From the NCBI GenBank assembly GCA_051530055.1, contig CM121342.1:7386691-7450690 (forward strand): a stretch of 64,000 nucleotides of DNA, read 5' to 3'. A program made the position numbers and the translations under genes. Shown here piece by piece: positions 10,889-23,749 of the stretch. The DNA is from Neoechinorhynchus agilis (Eukaryota; Animalia; Acanthocephala). The notes below the pieces were generated by a model. It did no database searches. It saw nothing but the letters and a program-made list of their open reading frames with translations, and was not told where the DNA came from. Numbering within the stretch: the stretch's first letter is position 1; each line of letters starts with the position of its first letter.

Positions 10889-12364
10889 ATGGTTCAAAAA
10901 GATGAAGTTGCGGTATGTATTTTTTGTGTGTAGTTTTCTATTGTTATCTGAACAAAAAATAGTCTATGCAGCACTCTACTGCATTTGCTCTTGAACGAAG
11001 TGACAAGCCTGGGAAACTGAACAGTGACGATTGGCCACTTCTTTTGAAAGGTTTTGACCGTTTAAACATACGTACGAACCACTTTACTCCACTGCCCGAA
11101 TCCGGTTGTTCTCCTCTGATGCGTCCAATCAAAGAATACATTAAAGCTGGTTACATAAATCTCGATAAGCCCGTGAATCCGTCTTCTCATGAGGTTGTAG
11201 CATGGGTCAAGCGTATTTTACGCGTTGAAAAGACTGGTCATTCGGGAACATTGGATCCAAAAGTTAGTGGTTGTTTGGTTGTTTGCATTGACCGAGCAAC
11301 TCGACTCGTAAAAAGTCAACAAAACGCTGGTAAAGAGTACGTCGGTGTTGTTCAATTCAAGAGCCACGTTAGTGCTCGTGAAGCTGAAAAAGCTTTAGAC
11401 GTCTTAAGAGGTGCTTGTTTTCAACGTCCGCCTCTTATTGCTGCCGTAAAACGACAATTGCGAGTTCGATCCATTTATGATATTAAAATGCTGGAGTTTG
11501 ACGAACACAAGCGTCTCGGTGTGTTTTGGGTTCGATGTGAAGCTGGGACTTATATCAGAAGTCTTTGCGTTCATATGGGACTCTTAACCGGTGCCGGCGC
11601 TTATATGCAAGAGCTCCGTCGGATTCGTTCTGGCGTTCAAAGTGAACTTGTCGGTATGGTGACCATGCATGATGTTCTTGATGCTCAATGGATGTTTGAT
11701 CATGAACGTGATGAATCGTATTTACGAAGGGTCATTCGACCGTTGGAAGCTCTTCTTATACAACATAAACGAATTATTGTGAAAGATAGCGCCGTCAATG
11801 CCATTTGTTATGGTGCTCAAATCCTGATACCTGGCGTCCTTAGATTCGATGATGATATCGAAATGCAGCAAGAAATCGTGATTATTACGACCAAAGGAGA
11901 AGCTGTTTGTTTAGGTGAGGTTTTTTCAAGTCAAAACAAACAAACAAACAACCGCCTTTTTCCTATTTATGATAAAATACAGCCACTGCACAAATGACCA
12001 CGGCAACCATTGCGACCTGTGATCATGGCATCGTGGCTAAGATAAAACGCGTTATTATGGAACGCGACACTTATCCGAGAGTTTGGGGTAAAGGAGTGTT
12101 TGCTGTAAGGAAAAAAAGAATGATCGCCGAAGGTCTACTCGATAAATACGGAAAACCAAATGAACGAACTCCTGCCGATTGGAAAAACGCGTTCGCTGCC
12201 GATGACACTGCCAAACAGTTCGTGTTTTTCTTCTTCGTTTTAAATCTCTTTTGTGTAATCGCTACTTTTTTTTAAGAGTTAGCGAACAACTCAGTCAAGT
12301 GAAAATCTCAGGTGAAACGAGAAAACGACCCAATGAAGCTAATGACTCGTCCGATGACTCGTAA
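10889..12364 (+). CDS. DKC1: Dyskerin / Cbf5 H/ACA pseudouridine synthase; exons 10889-10912, 10963-11914, 11983-12217, 12277-12364
   Basis: TruB motifs ([35 protein letters not shown]), PUA domain and [19 protein letters not shown]; three GT-AG introns of 50, 68 and 59 nt keep the frame to TAA at 12362. Confidence 0.97.
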
Positions 12365-13059
12365 GAAGACTGAGTTGGGAAAAATTATTGATTTTGAACG
12401 AATGTGGTCGCATGTTAAAGGTAACGATATTTATTCATTTCGTTGCTATTAGTTTATTATGACGTTGTCTATTATTTAAGTATCTTATCAAAATGAAAAA
12501 CCGAATTATTAGGCTCTTTTAGCTTTTTGTTCATCTTCAAAAATTGCGGTCAAAAAACCCAATTTGTAATTCTTAAACGAAACAGCCTTAGCGATTTAGA
12601 CAAGCCGTCATTAAATTTTAGTCTATCTTTTTCTTGTCCGGCTTGTTTTAGGCATGAAGCCAAACCAATTACATCAGAGAAGTGATATAACCAGTCTCTA
12701 AGGCACGGTTAAAAGTCTGTACATTCCTCCGGATTCTTTGATACCTCCCGAGGAGGCGGAACTCATAAGTGAGTTTCCTCCCTTCAACGAGATGTGTCGT
12801 CCCCTTTGGTTGTGCGTGATTGGCCGCAACGCATTCGAACCAGTTGACCCTTAACTACGGAATGAGCGCTTGGTTTATGATTAAAAAAAGCCGGGTATAA
12901 AGGGCAGACTAAAATTTAATGATGATATGAAACAAACCGGCTTGCCAGTAAAAAAACCTTAAAATGGTTTCGACAAGTTCGTACATTGCAACGCTCCCAT
13001 CCGAGATAAAAAATGACCGAGATTTAATGAAGTGCACGCAAAATTATAACAGCTTTGTT

Positions 13060-13235
13060 ATTTCAAATCCCAAATTATATCCTGTTATTGAGGGAATTAC
13101 CGCCCGTTTATTCCAAAGATGGTACCGTGTTCTTTTAAAACCTTTAACAAAAAGCTGTGGACCGTAAAATATTTAAATCTTAAAAACACTTTCCATGGTT
13201 GATGGCAAAGATAAAACAAGTGAAAGACAATCTTT
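13060..13235. repeat. Dispersed repeat of about 150-175 bp, second copy at about 19530-19700
   Basis: GAATTACCGCCC.TTTATTCCAAAGATGGTACCG...GATAAAACAAGTGAAAGA shared almost base for base. Confidence 0.85.
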
Positions 13236-13244
13236 TTTATTTAT

Positions 13245-13345
13245 TATTTTGGTGATAGTATTCCCGGTAATAGCACATTTGATTTTGATTTATTGGAAAT
13301 ATTTCGCGAGGTGACCTCGCCTCACGAGTCATTGTTTGCAAGTGT
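13245..13345. mobile_element. Diverged solo arm of the fold-back element at 60080-60302
   Basis: TTTTGGTGA...ATTTGATTTTGATTT...ATATTTCGC..GAGGT.ACCTCGCCTCA..AGTCATTGTTTG aligns with 60080-60179. Confidence 0.75.
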
Positions 13346-14059
13346 TTACGACGTTAGACCGTGTAGATTCGATCTGATTCTAAAGCCGAATTGCACGAAG
13401 ATTGCAAGCGCTACGTTTAAAAATTAATCAAGGAATTTTACTTGATTTTTTATTTTTATAAAATTATTGCTAGGCTCACCGAAACTCTTTAAAAAAGTCC
13501 AATTTTTAAAATTTTTAAATTTTTCATCGTTTCAACAAGTAATCCACCTCGGACAAATTTTCTACAATTCTTGCTATCCGAATTATTACTAGGAATTTAT
13601 CTAGCATTCGTGGCTCATCCGAAACTGTTTGAAAAAATTCCATATTATTAGAATCTTAAAAATTTCCATCATTTAAACATTTGCTCCACTTCTCAAGCTT
13701 CCTGAATTAATACTAAGAATTTATCTATCTATCATTAATGGTATCTCTCGTTTGCGGTCGACCATTGGGTCCCGAATTTTGGCGAATGCCGCACCTAAAA
13801 AATTGTTTCTGTATTTCTTGAAATTGGAAGCTTGAGTACAACATCATTTCGTTTCGAAAAGTTGATTCCCACAAAGAATTGGTCAGTTTCTACTTTTTCA
13901 GTGATTCTTCAATCCTTTTAAAAAACTTTCTTCTATTCGGAAGATGGCTTTTTAAATACTCACGACATAAATCTTTTTAAAATTTAGAACCTACATTCAA
14001 CAATTTCAGAAGCTTTTTTCAAACCTTTATAAAGTCGCGATTTTTTTTCAATTAATTTA

Positions 14060-17000
14060 AAAAGCCTCCACCACCAACGACACCGATGCCGTCCCTTCGC
14101 TTCGCTCGGAACCTGGATGCTAGACGACAATATGAAGACGGAAACTTGCCCGCCCAAAATGAGCCAAGTGAAAAGACCGATTAAACGCCAAACGCTACCC
14201 AGACACCAGGCATAAATTATGTTCATTAAATCACTGACGCAGACACCTTGAACACGCAACTTATCGATCGCGCTCAACCTGAGAAGACCAACGCTGCCGG
14301 GCTCCCACGCGTCTCTACTGGTTTGTGTCCGGTTTGCGGTAAGTCTTTTAAATTAACCAATTTTTGAGTTTGGTTTGCTCATGGTCCCGGGGATCTCCGC
14401 TGTAGCGGGTCTTGTACTCCGCCACAATCAACCGATCTGCTTATGCCTGCGACCTCTCAGATCACCACTGACTCTATTTCGACAGCTGATATCGTGCGGT
14501 TTCTGCCCAGGAACGTCCTGAAACGGATCCCCAAAGGCGCGCGATATCTGGTCGCCAAAGCATTTACGGGATTGCTCAATGATTGCCTCCAAGAGAACCA
14601 CGGCTCTTCGCCTCCCCGCGCTTAGTCCTTTGCACTAGTGATGATTCTCGGGTGTCTTTCATATCAACAATCAAAGAAAGGGTGGCCTCCTTCGAACAGA
14701 TATTTAATAATTTCGAAATGAAATTTCGCGAGGTTCGTAAGGGACGCACGAAGGAAGGGTTTCGTTGCCATTTTTCGAACCGATCCCTGACTGAACGCGT
14801 CTCCGAAGCTTGCGGACGGAGATGTTCGGGGGACACCCGTTCAAATTTTAGAGTTAAAAAGGCCATCTCATCTTTTGCAAATGGTTCGGGTCATGGGCTT
14901 GACGGGTTAAGGCCTCAGCATCTAAAGGACGTGATGTAGCTCTCTTTAGAAAGTGCGCTTTCTCGGTTAGTCGACCGTCTGACTGGAGAGGATTTGAATC
15001 CCGCTGCAAAAGACCTATTTATCGGAGCATCATTATGTGCCCCCACAAAAAAACAAGGTGGGATTCGTCCCATCGCCGTATTTTCGACAAACCGGGCAGT
15101 CCACCTGGGCTGCTGCACATTCTGTGGGACGGAAGCTGTTGTCCACGCGCTCCGAAACTTTACTACGATGAGTTCAGAACCATGCGCGATTCTTAAGTGT
15201 AATTTTCAGAATGCCTTTAATTCTCTCAATAGAGAAACCATGTTCTGCGCAATTAGGGATCACGTACCAGAAGCTTTTCCTTATTTTCTCAACGCATACG
15301 GGACCCCGACTCCTTTGCTGTTCAACGATCACCTCATTTGGTCCGAAAGAGGAGTGCAGCAGGGAGACCTCGGTCCAATCGCTTTTTCCCTTGCAGTTAA
15401 TCCAATAGCGCATTCTCTCCAGTCCAGCTTTAACGCTTTGTACCTGGATGACGCTACGCTCGGAGGTGATCCCTCCGTAGTACTGCGCGATCTGGAGACA
15501 CGCGTAAAGGAGACGGCGAGGTTGGGCTTTGAGCTTAATGCAGGGAAATGTGAATTGTTGGTAATGAGCATCGAAAGTGAGTCATCGCAGAGCGAAATTT
15601 TCAAAGGTTTTAGAAATCTGGCACCCGGTATAGAATTGATCGCTCTTGACCGGCTGAGTCTTCTAGGGAGCTGCGTTTTTGATTCGAATGTGGAAAATGA
15701 AATCGACCATCTACTCCCGAACATCACGATACTGCGCGATAGAGTCCGGGAACTTTCGGCACACGAGGCTCTATCCCTGATCAAGGATACCCTCTTCATT
15801 TCGAAACTATTTTATAAGCTGCGTACGGCTTCCTTCTTCAAGCACGTCAATAAGTTAAAGAAACTCGATGACATTGTGAAGGCGTGTCTTGAGCACATTT
15901 TTAATATCCAGCTATCAGACGAGACCTAGCGACAACCTTCATTGTCTGTATCGTCCGGTGGCTTGGATATTCGAAAAACAGTAGATGTGTCGTTGTCCGC
16001 GTTTTTAGGATCATTCGAAGGGAGTCAAGATCTGGTAAAACGTATGTTGGGACCCATGTTCTGTTTAGCGGACGAATTTCAATTGGCGGTCCAGGAATGT
16101 TGGGAGAAGACGTATTACAACCAAGTTGCCGTAAGTGGCATAAAACAGCCCATCTTGGATAAACCTTTAGTCGCCCGAGCTCATAGTTCTCTAATTTCAG
16201 GCTCTCGCGGCGAGGTCGACCAGGCTAGAATGCTGACAGTCTCTATAAGAGAATCGGAAGCAGGGTTAGAAGCCCTACCCATTGCATCCGTGGGAACACT
16301 CCTCGTAGATGAAGCAGTTCGGATCGGAGTGTTCCTCAGATTAAATCTACCGATTTGTGTCGAACATCGTTGCCAGTGTGGAATGATCGTGGATCCACTG
16401 GGGAGACATGGTCTTGTTTGCAACAAATCAGGGGGTCGTTTCTCACGGCATGCTGAATTGAACGACGTAATTTCGCGTGTCCTAAATAACGACAAATTTA
16501 TCTATTTTAAGCCGATTAAAAAATATTTTTAACAATTCAAACAATCTGTTTGAAGCACACTCACCACCTCCCGCCGAATTCCAGCTTTTGTCCTTCCTCG
16601 ACCGTCGCCATCACGCTGACAGCACTGCCCCGTTGTACTGCTAGCGAGATATTTTGTCGAAGGAATACGCCTGCTCTTGGGTCTCCGGTCGTTTCTCTCA
16701 ATTTCTTCGAGAGATCCTGGAGAAGAGAGAGTGCCGAGCTGCCGAGCGCTCCATACGTCTCTACCCCAAAGGGGACAAAATAGTGAGCCCTCGATAAGTG
16801 AAGATATTTGCGTATTTTCCTCCCTTCCGCTGCACTGGCGGCACCACCGGCGATTTCGAGGGAGTAGGGGATGTTGCTGGCTACGAGGGTGTCCACACAC
16901 GTGGCGTCCCAGAGAAGGCATTTGCCCTCCCGCCACGGGAAGACCGACATTCCATCGGTTCTCAACGCCTGAGCAATTGCGTTATTGATTTCAGAATGGC

Positions 17001-17449
17001 GTGAGAACCTTCCTCCTGACGTCCCAAATATTTTAGAGCCAAGCAACCTGTGCAAGCTAGATGGCCGTCGTCCTGATGGCGTCACCGTATTCTCGTGGCG
17101 AGAAAGCAAATGTTTTTTTCTGGGACGCCACGTGTGTAGATACGTCCGCGGCAAGTGATAAGAGGTCTGTGGTGCATTCCCCAGGGGAGTGGCTACTGCC
17201 GCGGAGGACCACAAGGTGGCCAAATCTAAGGAATTAAGCAGGTTTCACGTTTTTGTACCCTTTGGAGTGGAGACTCTTGGTGCGCTCGGTAGCTCGGCAC
17301 TTAGATTTACCAAGGAGTTATCGAGAGGACTCAAGATCAAGACAGAAAATACAAGAGCTGGTGCCTTGCTTCGCCTAAACATTGGTCTCGCGATCCAAAG
17401 ACGAACCACTGCAGGGAGACCGTTGCCTCTTCTTAGTGGACGGTGGTGA
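14060..17449 (+). mobile_element. Near full-length degenerate CRE-clade non-LTR retrotransposon (N-terminal zinc finger, RT, CCHC knuckle, RLE endonuclease), interrupted at 16494-17017
   Basis: CPVCGKSF..AHGP..RCSGS at about 14325; GSGHGLDGLRPQHLKD; GGIRPIAV; NAFNSLNRE; GVQQGDLGP; YLDDATL; CQCG..VDPLGRHGLVC...GRFSRHAELND; resumes DVPNILEPSNLCKLDGRRPDG..WDATCVDT; FVPFGVETLG; ends GRW-stop. Several stops and frameshifts. Confidence 0.9.
16494..17017 (-). mobile_element. 5'-truncated CRE 3' fragment inserted antisense into the host CRE endonuclease region
   Basis: Reverse strand is nearly identical to 34645-35150 (RHSEINNAI...WDATCVDT...FVPFGVETYG...LEFGGRW-stop) plus an AT-rich tail of about 70 nt; GAC on both flanks (16491-16493, 17018-17020). 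Confidence 0.88.
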
Positions 17450-17751
17450 TTGTTTAAACGTTTTGTTGCTTATGTGTTTAAATGAAAGAGTTTCTTTCAA
17501 AAGAAATCATCTCCTGAAAAAACCTCAACAGTCTTTTTAAATCAAAAAACGTTTTCTTAAACTCGTTTTATAGAAAACAATTTTCGGAAAAGGATTTTAA
17601 AAACATTTACATAAACGAAATGACCGTCCTGATCTCTTATTGCTCTAAGAAGACCAAAGTTTAGATCCTGCCTTAGATTCCTCGATAGCTGTAAAGCAAA
17701 ATATCACACAACTCCAAATCTTTCAAACCTTCATAGAATATTCTTATTGCG

Positions 17752-18651
17752 ATGATATTAAATTCTTCTACTCAGTTAACCTTAACAAACTGGGCGCTCA
17801 TTGCGATGTCAAAAACTTCGCCACTAAAAAGCAAAATAAGGCGCTGTTTCACGTCAAATGATGTTAACATTTTGTACAATGTTTTGAACGATATTTGCAA
17901 ACAAGTTCTGGAGAGCTCAATGAATCCTAATTTTGAATTGAAAGGAAAGAAGCCTGGAGAAATCAAGAAATTTCTAGAAACCCATTTTCAAATGAGCCTT
18001 CAAATAAATGAACCAATTGGACGTGTTATTTTATTTCTAATGTTTATTTCTTATGGACTTTCGACTCAAGAAGTAAACCCATTTTTTCTTGAAGTTTGCC
18101 AAAAGCTCAGCGAGGACGAGCAGGACTTTTTGGTTGGTCTCATCTCAATCCTGACGATGAATGATAATGATTATCGTGAAGTTTTACTCAGAGGTGCGAT
18201 TACAGATGCAACCAAAAGATCGGCGAGAAGTGAACACCGAAAGGTTGCGGATCTCCTTAACAAAATGAAAAATGAAGCTAAGAGCACAAATAATGTTAGG
18301 AATTTGTCGGAAAATGACCATGAATCGAATTATACGAAATCGGAAGATCATGCGGCGAAAGAAGATATCAAGAATGAACGAAATTCGAGTAACGTCATTG
18401 AATTCGAGAAACGGATGGCTTATTTAATTCAGGACAACAAACGCCTTAAAGATGAGCTCTCTATCAAGACAAAGTCTTGTTCGGATGCACTCATGAATTT
18501 AAAAAGTTTGATTGAACAAAACGAGCATTTAAAAGTGGAGCTGTCTTTGGAGAGACAAAAAGTGAAGGATATTGCAGAATCCAAGGAGTGTCTTCGATTA
18601 CAGCTTGAAGAAGTTACTGAAAAGTTATGTCAATTGGAAAAATTGGCCTAA
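17752..18651 (+). CDS. HOOK/girdin-like protein (calponin-homology-like N-terminus followed by coiled coil); may be partial
   Basis: 299-codon ORF; VILFLMFI...FLEVCQKLSEDEQDFLVGLI resembles the end of the HOOK CH domain; heptad-like C-terminus. Family call is by eye. Confidence 0.5.
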   Translation: MILNSSTQLTLTNWALIAMSKTSPLKSKIRRCFTSNDVNILYNVLNDICKQVLESSMNPNFELKGKKPGEIKKFLETHFQMSLQINEPIGRVILFLMFISYGLSTQEVNPFFLEVCQKLSEDEQDFLVGLISILTMNDNDYREVLLRGAITDATKRSARSEHRKVADLLNKMKNEAKSTNNVRNLSENDHESNYTKSEDHAAKEDIKNERNSSNVIEFEKRMAYLIQDNKRLKDELSIKTKSCSDALMNLKSLIEQNEHLKVELSLERQKVKDIAESKECLRLQLEEVTEKLCQLEKLA

Positions 18652-21600
18652 AATACGACAGTAAAAAAGAATTAAAAGTAGGAAAAGGAAAGAATAATTC
18701 TATTGATTTTTAAGACAAGCAAGAAGTTGAAAAAGTCCAGCTTTTTCAACAATGGAAATAAAAGGAATCGCAGTCCGAAGATAAGGAAATTTTATACTGT
18801 GAAAGAAGAGAAACGTTGGACATTGCCGTACAAATGAAGAGAAGTTATCCGGAAAATCTTTAATTTTTTCAATTTTCAGAAGTCATAACGTTTTTTAAAT
18901 GAAGTTTTCCACGATTCGCGTCTTCTATTTATTGTCGGATCCACGAATACGTTTCGCCGCAAATGTAGAATCGATCTTAAAAATAAAAGTCAAATTCTTC
19001 ATTTTTTGTTTAAGAAATTATTGAATTTCATAAGCAATTTCTATCCATTTATTTGAGTTAAACGGAATATTTCATTGGTAATTGGCGTATTCTTGGATCC
19101 TTAGACGAATGCACGTTTTCGTCGTATTTAGCAATAACTCATTTAGAATTTTTAAATTAAAGGTTTGAACTTAAAGGTGACAACTTGGAATGTGTCAAAA
19201 TGTGCGCAATTAATCTCAAATAAATAGCGCATCCGACAGCAGAGTATTTTTTAGTATCAGTTCGTCGATTGTGTATTATCGCCTAAAATTGCAAAATTTC
19301 GCCATCATCGATGTGCAAATTTAATCTGAAACCGAGAAGTGTTGCATTGTCTTTATCGAACAGCAAAGATGACTTTTTATCGCATTTTCAAACGAGCTTT
19401 TATAATCAGATATTTTACGAAATGGATGACAATGAAAAATGCTAACAATGAATTTTTTTTGCTTCGTAATTTCACATCCCCAATTTATAACTTGCTTTTG
19501 AAAGCATTAAAGAAATTGGACAAAAAATATTCGTTACAGAATTACCGCCCATTTATTCCAAAGATGGTACCGTGTTCTTTTGAAACCTTTAACAAAAAGC
19601 TGTGGACCGTAAAATATTTAAATCTTGAAAGCACTTTCCACGGTTGATGGCAAAGATAAAACAAGTGAAAGATAATCTTTGTTCTAGATTCGATCTGATT
19701 CTAGGTTAAAAGAAATTTTATTGAAGGAATTAAATTCAATTTGTCTAAATGGCATTTTTAGAAATAAATGTCATATTCTAAAATTTTCTTGAAAATATTT
19801 CTCGATTTTTTCTACGATTAAAATCAATTAACTGTTCATAACGGCAGTTATTGAGACTTGGTTTTGATCGCCTCAACTTGGACAGGAATTATACTTAAAG
19901 AAAATTTTCGATAAAGTGAAAGCGGGAATAGTAAATTCCTTTAAAATGTATCGAGAATTGATCTTATACACTTAACCAATTCACGAAAAAATCTGAAGGT
20001 ATTTCAATTAGAATTTCACAACAAACCTCAGTAAGATGATCGATCGTTTGAATTCAATCCCGTTTGTACCACATTTCTCAAATGTCCTCCAATTCGACAA
20101 TAATCATTGCAATTTTCAGCCAATTTTAAGCGAAAAATCCAACCGTTTTTGTGCGCAAGTATTTTAAACGCGTACATTATTCGTAGGGGTATCAATATCG
20201 ATTTTTATGCGCGTAGTTTGTAACGGAAATTAGCACATCAACTTTTTAACCAAAATTTCCATCGGCATTTCTTTAAAAATTAGTTTTGCAATTCATCTAA
20301 AACGCTCAAATCATTTGAATTGTGAAAAAATACGTCCGAATAAATTTGCCCAATTTCCTCTACTAAAATTTTGCTTGAAGATTTAATTGTTCATGTTTTT
20401 ATATGGGGGAATTGAAAAGTCGGATTCAATAAATAATTGCTTCAATTTTTGCGTCATTTAAAAACAAAACATTATTAAGAATAGTCCGAATTTGTGATTT
20501 TGTACATTTTCCTTTCATCCAAAAAATTTTCTTATACACAAGATTAATCATTTTTGTGTCGATTTTTCGAAGACTTTAAGAATAAATGGCATATCTGTGT
20601 TTTTACAATCGATTGATCCATATTGACTGTGAGAATTTCTACGCAAGCATCAATAACTCTTCGAATGACATTTTACTCACCGTATCTCTTTTTTCTTCAT
20701 TATTTCGATACATTAACCATTAAAGAATCTAAGTGCTCTGCTTTCCAAGTTTTATACGCTCTAAGCTGCTGACATTAATTTTTCTTTAGGTTCTGAAACA
20801 TTTCTGTTTTGATTAGCAAACATTTTGATCATATTATTGATAATTTTTAGAGTTCAACACTTTTATATATTGAATAATATTTCGCGACGGTAAAAATCCA
20901 AACAAGTATATTGTTCAACGATTTTATTTTTAGCATATATTTAGATTGAACACCGGTGAAGCCTTTCAGAACACAAATAAATTGTTCTCCACAATCGAGC
21001 AATTTTTTGCGTTTTAAATTATAATCGAATAAAGTAAACTGAGACGCATATTGGTCTTCTAAGAAATCGATTCTCAATCGTATTTGAGCATCCATCGGTA
21101 ATCGACAAGATCCTCGAGTAATTTTTGGTGATTTGATATCGAAAAAGAACATCGCATTTCCGTTAATATATTCATCCGCACTTAAATTTTTTTAAAGTCA
21201 TAAATTTGTTATAGGAGTCTAGCCTTAAATTAAACGCAAAAGAGTATACATTCAAATGGCATATAAGATATTGTGTATTTTCTCATAAATCGTCGTCCGA
21301 CTTTAACTTCTCAATACGACCATTATCGCTTCATTTAAATTCACTTCGGATGACAAGGCGATTTCACCACTGATTGCTCTCAACAAACGATAAAAACCCA
21401 AAACTCTGTTACTAATTCACAGTTTTTATCTTTGTTTGACATATACCATTAGTGAAATTTAATGAGATCCATTGCATTCTCTCTTGAATGATTATTGACT
21501 AGTGCGACATAAATACCGTTTTAGACCTTCCCAACTAAGGTTGCTGCTCTCTCAGCACCGCAAAAATGTCTTCAACCAAGTCATATAAATGCTTCTAATC

Positions 21601-22982
21601 AAGCGCATCCATCCTACAAACTCCTGCTTTACATACTCAAAATTCAGGCATATAAAAAACGAGAGTGTAATTCCTTAGAATTTCCTGCGATCTACTAGAA
21701 CTTCGGAAAACAAATGGGTTTATTTGCGCTCGTTGTCCTTATCACAACTTGCTGGCTCACTTCATTGTGTCAATGGAACCACCCTGATAAAATCTACGTT
21801 AATACTCATCCACGGAGGCTTTTATTGCATCAAGAAGTTCCTAAACTTGAAACATACAAGCAAAGCAAAATATATATTGAACCAAGTTCAGTGGTAAGCA
21901 TGGACGAAAATACAGGTCAGTGTTCATTGTACTTTTTTTGGAGAAACCTTTTGGACTTTAGATCGCAGCTTCTATTACTATGATTACCCGGCACCATTTA
22001 AGTATTATAGCCGAAAAAGTAGAATACTCGCAAAGAAAGGAAGCTACTTAATTGGATAATAGTGTTCAAGTCAGTGTTCAAGGCATCTAAATTATATATC
22101 TCTTATTTGTTGTTAATGAGTTACACGTTTAATCCGGTCTTTACGTTGCAATTGAAAAAACGCATTGTAATTAAGCAATAATCAGAGAAGGTGCACCTTA
22201 GAATCGAATGCTCTTAAAACACTATCGAAAACCCAATTAATGCTAATTGTTATTCTGTTTTAAACATTTGGCACAAATAGTAGAATATTTAAGGTACAAT
22301 GAAAACTAATCGATTTAAACTTTGAAAATGCATATTCCGATGTCTAACAAAGAACCGTTCCTGAATTTAAAAAGAGTGTCTCAACAATAAGCTCCATCAA
22401 CCCATAATGATAACGATTTTGTTAGTTCGTCGATGTTGATGTAGGTGTCGCCGTGAGTAGAATTTGTAGACAGTGAGTTTCACCTCATAAGAAAATGATA
22501 TTAAATTTCCGAATACTTAGGAACGAAGAAACCCACACTACTTTCCGTACGTTCATCTTCAGTTTTTGTTTAATTTTCCATTATTCGTTGCGCATCAACG
22601 AAACCTATGCAACTTTAGGCATTTACACACTGAGTCAAATTTGGGGAAAGTATATTTTCCGTTGCGATTTCGCGATTTTAAGTAGAACATTTTGTTGTTA
22701 ATGAAAATAAGCATTCTTTACCTAATTTGCGAAAGTCTTGAAGCATCAGAGGAGATGGATGGAACGATGAAACCCACGAAACATCTTAAGTTTTGTGATT
22801 CATTGTTCCGAGAATATTTTTTCTTATCTTAGTGACGAGCGAATGGAAAATGATTAAAATTTTAAAAGTAAAAATGTTACTTTAAGCCGAACCTACTGAA
22901 AAACCCCGTCGTTTAATTGCCGCATTAAAAACACATAATTAAAAGTTTCTTTCTATCCAATTGCTCCTTCGAGTGTATGTGT

Positions 22983-23173
22983 ATTCTCAATGACGAATTG
23001 TTACACACTCGAGCTTTATTATTGAACTGTTCATTGCGAATTTTCAAGGCTTCAGCCTCCTTCTCAAGCATTGCTTGTATGTTTATTACAAACAAGGAGG
23101 CTGAGGCCTTGAAAATTCGCAATGAACAGTTCAATAATAAAGCTCGAGTGTGTAACAATTCGTCACTGAGAAT
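22983..23173. mobile_element. Fold-back (hairpin) element with 80-bp arms and a 31-nt loop
   Basis: 22983-23062 is the near-perfect reverse complement of 23094-23173; loop holds CATTGCTTGTA (23069) and TACAAACAA (23087). Confidence 0.93.
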
Positions 23174-23749
23174 TAAATGCTTTTTGGATTCAAAGATTAA
23201 CTGCGAGTAAATTCAAAAGTATCACCGTAAAAATCATATAAGATTATACGCTGAACACCGCAAACCCAAAAAGTATTCATAATGTGCGAATACACTGAAA
23301 ACAATACAAATTAGAGATTGATCAGATTTAAAAAGTCCACAATTATCCACGCCAAGAAAAACGCACTGAAAGCATACATTTTACGTAAATCCACGTGAAA
23401 TTCCAAAAGAGTTGAAATTATTCGGACCAATAAAAGGATCCTTAATCAAACATTTCTAGGATGTAAATAACAACACGTTTATTGTTAGAAAAATACAAAG
23501 AATAGGATCACCCATGTACCTTTGGGTCCTCATAAGCACCCGAGTTCATAATTGTTCAAAAAAGTGTCTCCGTTAATATGGAAATATGCAGTCGAGGGGT
23601 TTCCGTTCAGGAGGTAATATCTAGTCGGAGCGATGTCTATTCGGGTAGGAAATATCCGGTCGAAGACGGTTCCGTTCGGGTGGGCCCGTTCTGGTGGGAA
23701 TTGGTGTTTATTGTTTGCAGGAGCGCTCGTAAGGTTGGTCTTTCCTTTG

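Noticed and set aside
10913-12276. snoRNAs in DKC1 introns, as in vertebrates
   Set aside because: Introns are only 50-68 nt, too short for an H/ACA RNA, and no C/D box pair was seen.
12752-12781. GC-rich hairpin (GGAGGCGGAACTCA-TAAG-TGAGTTTCCTCC) as a Helitron end or ncRNA
   Set aside because: No CTRR terminus after it, no second copy, and no ncRNA box motifs recognised.
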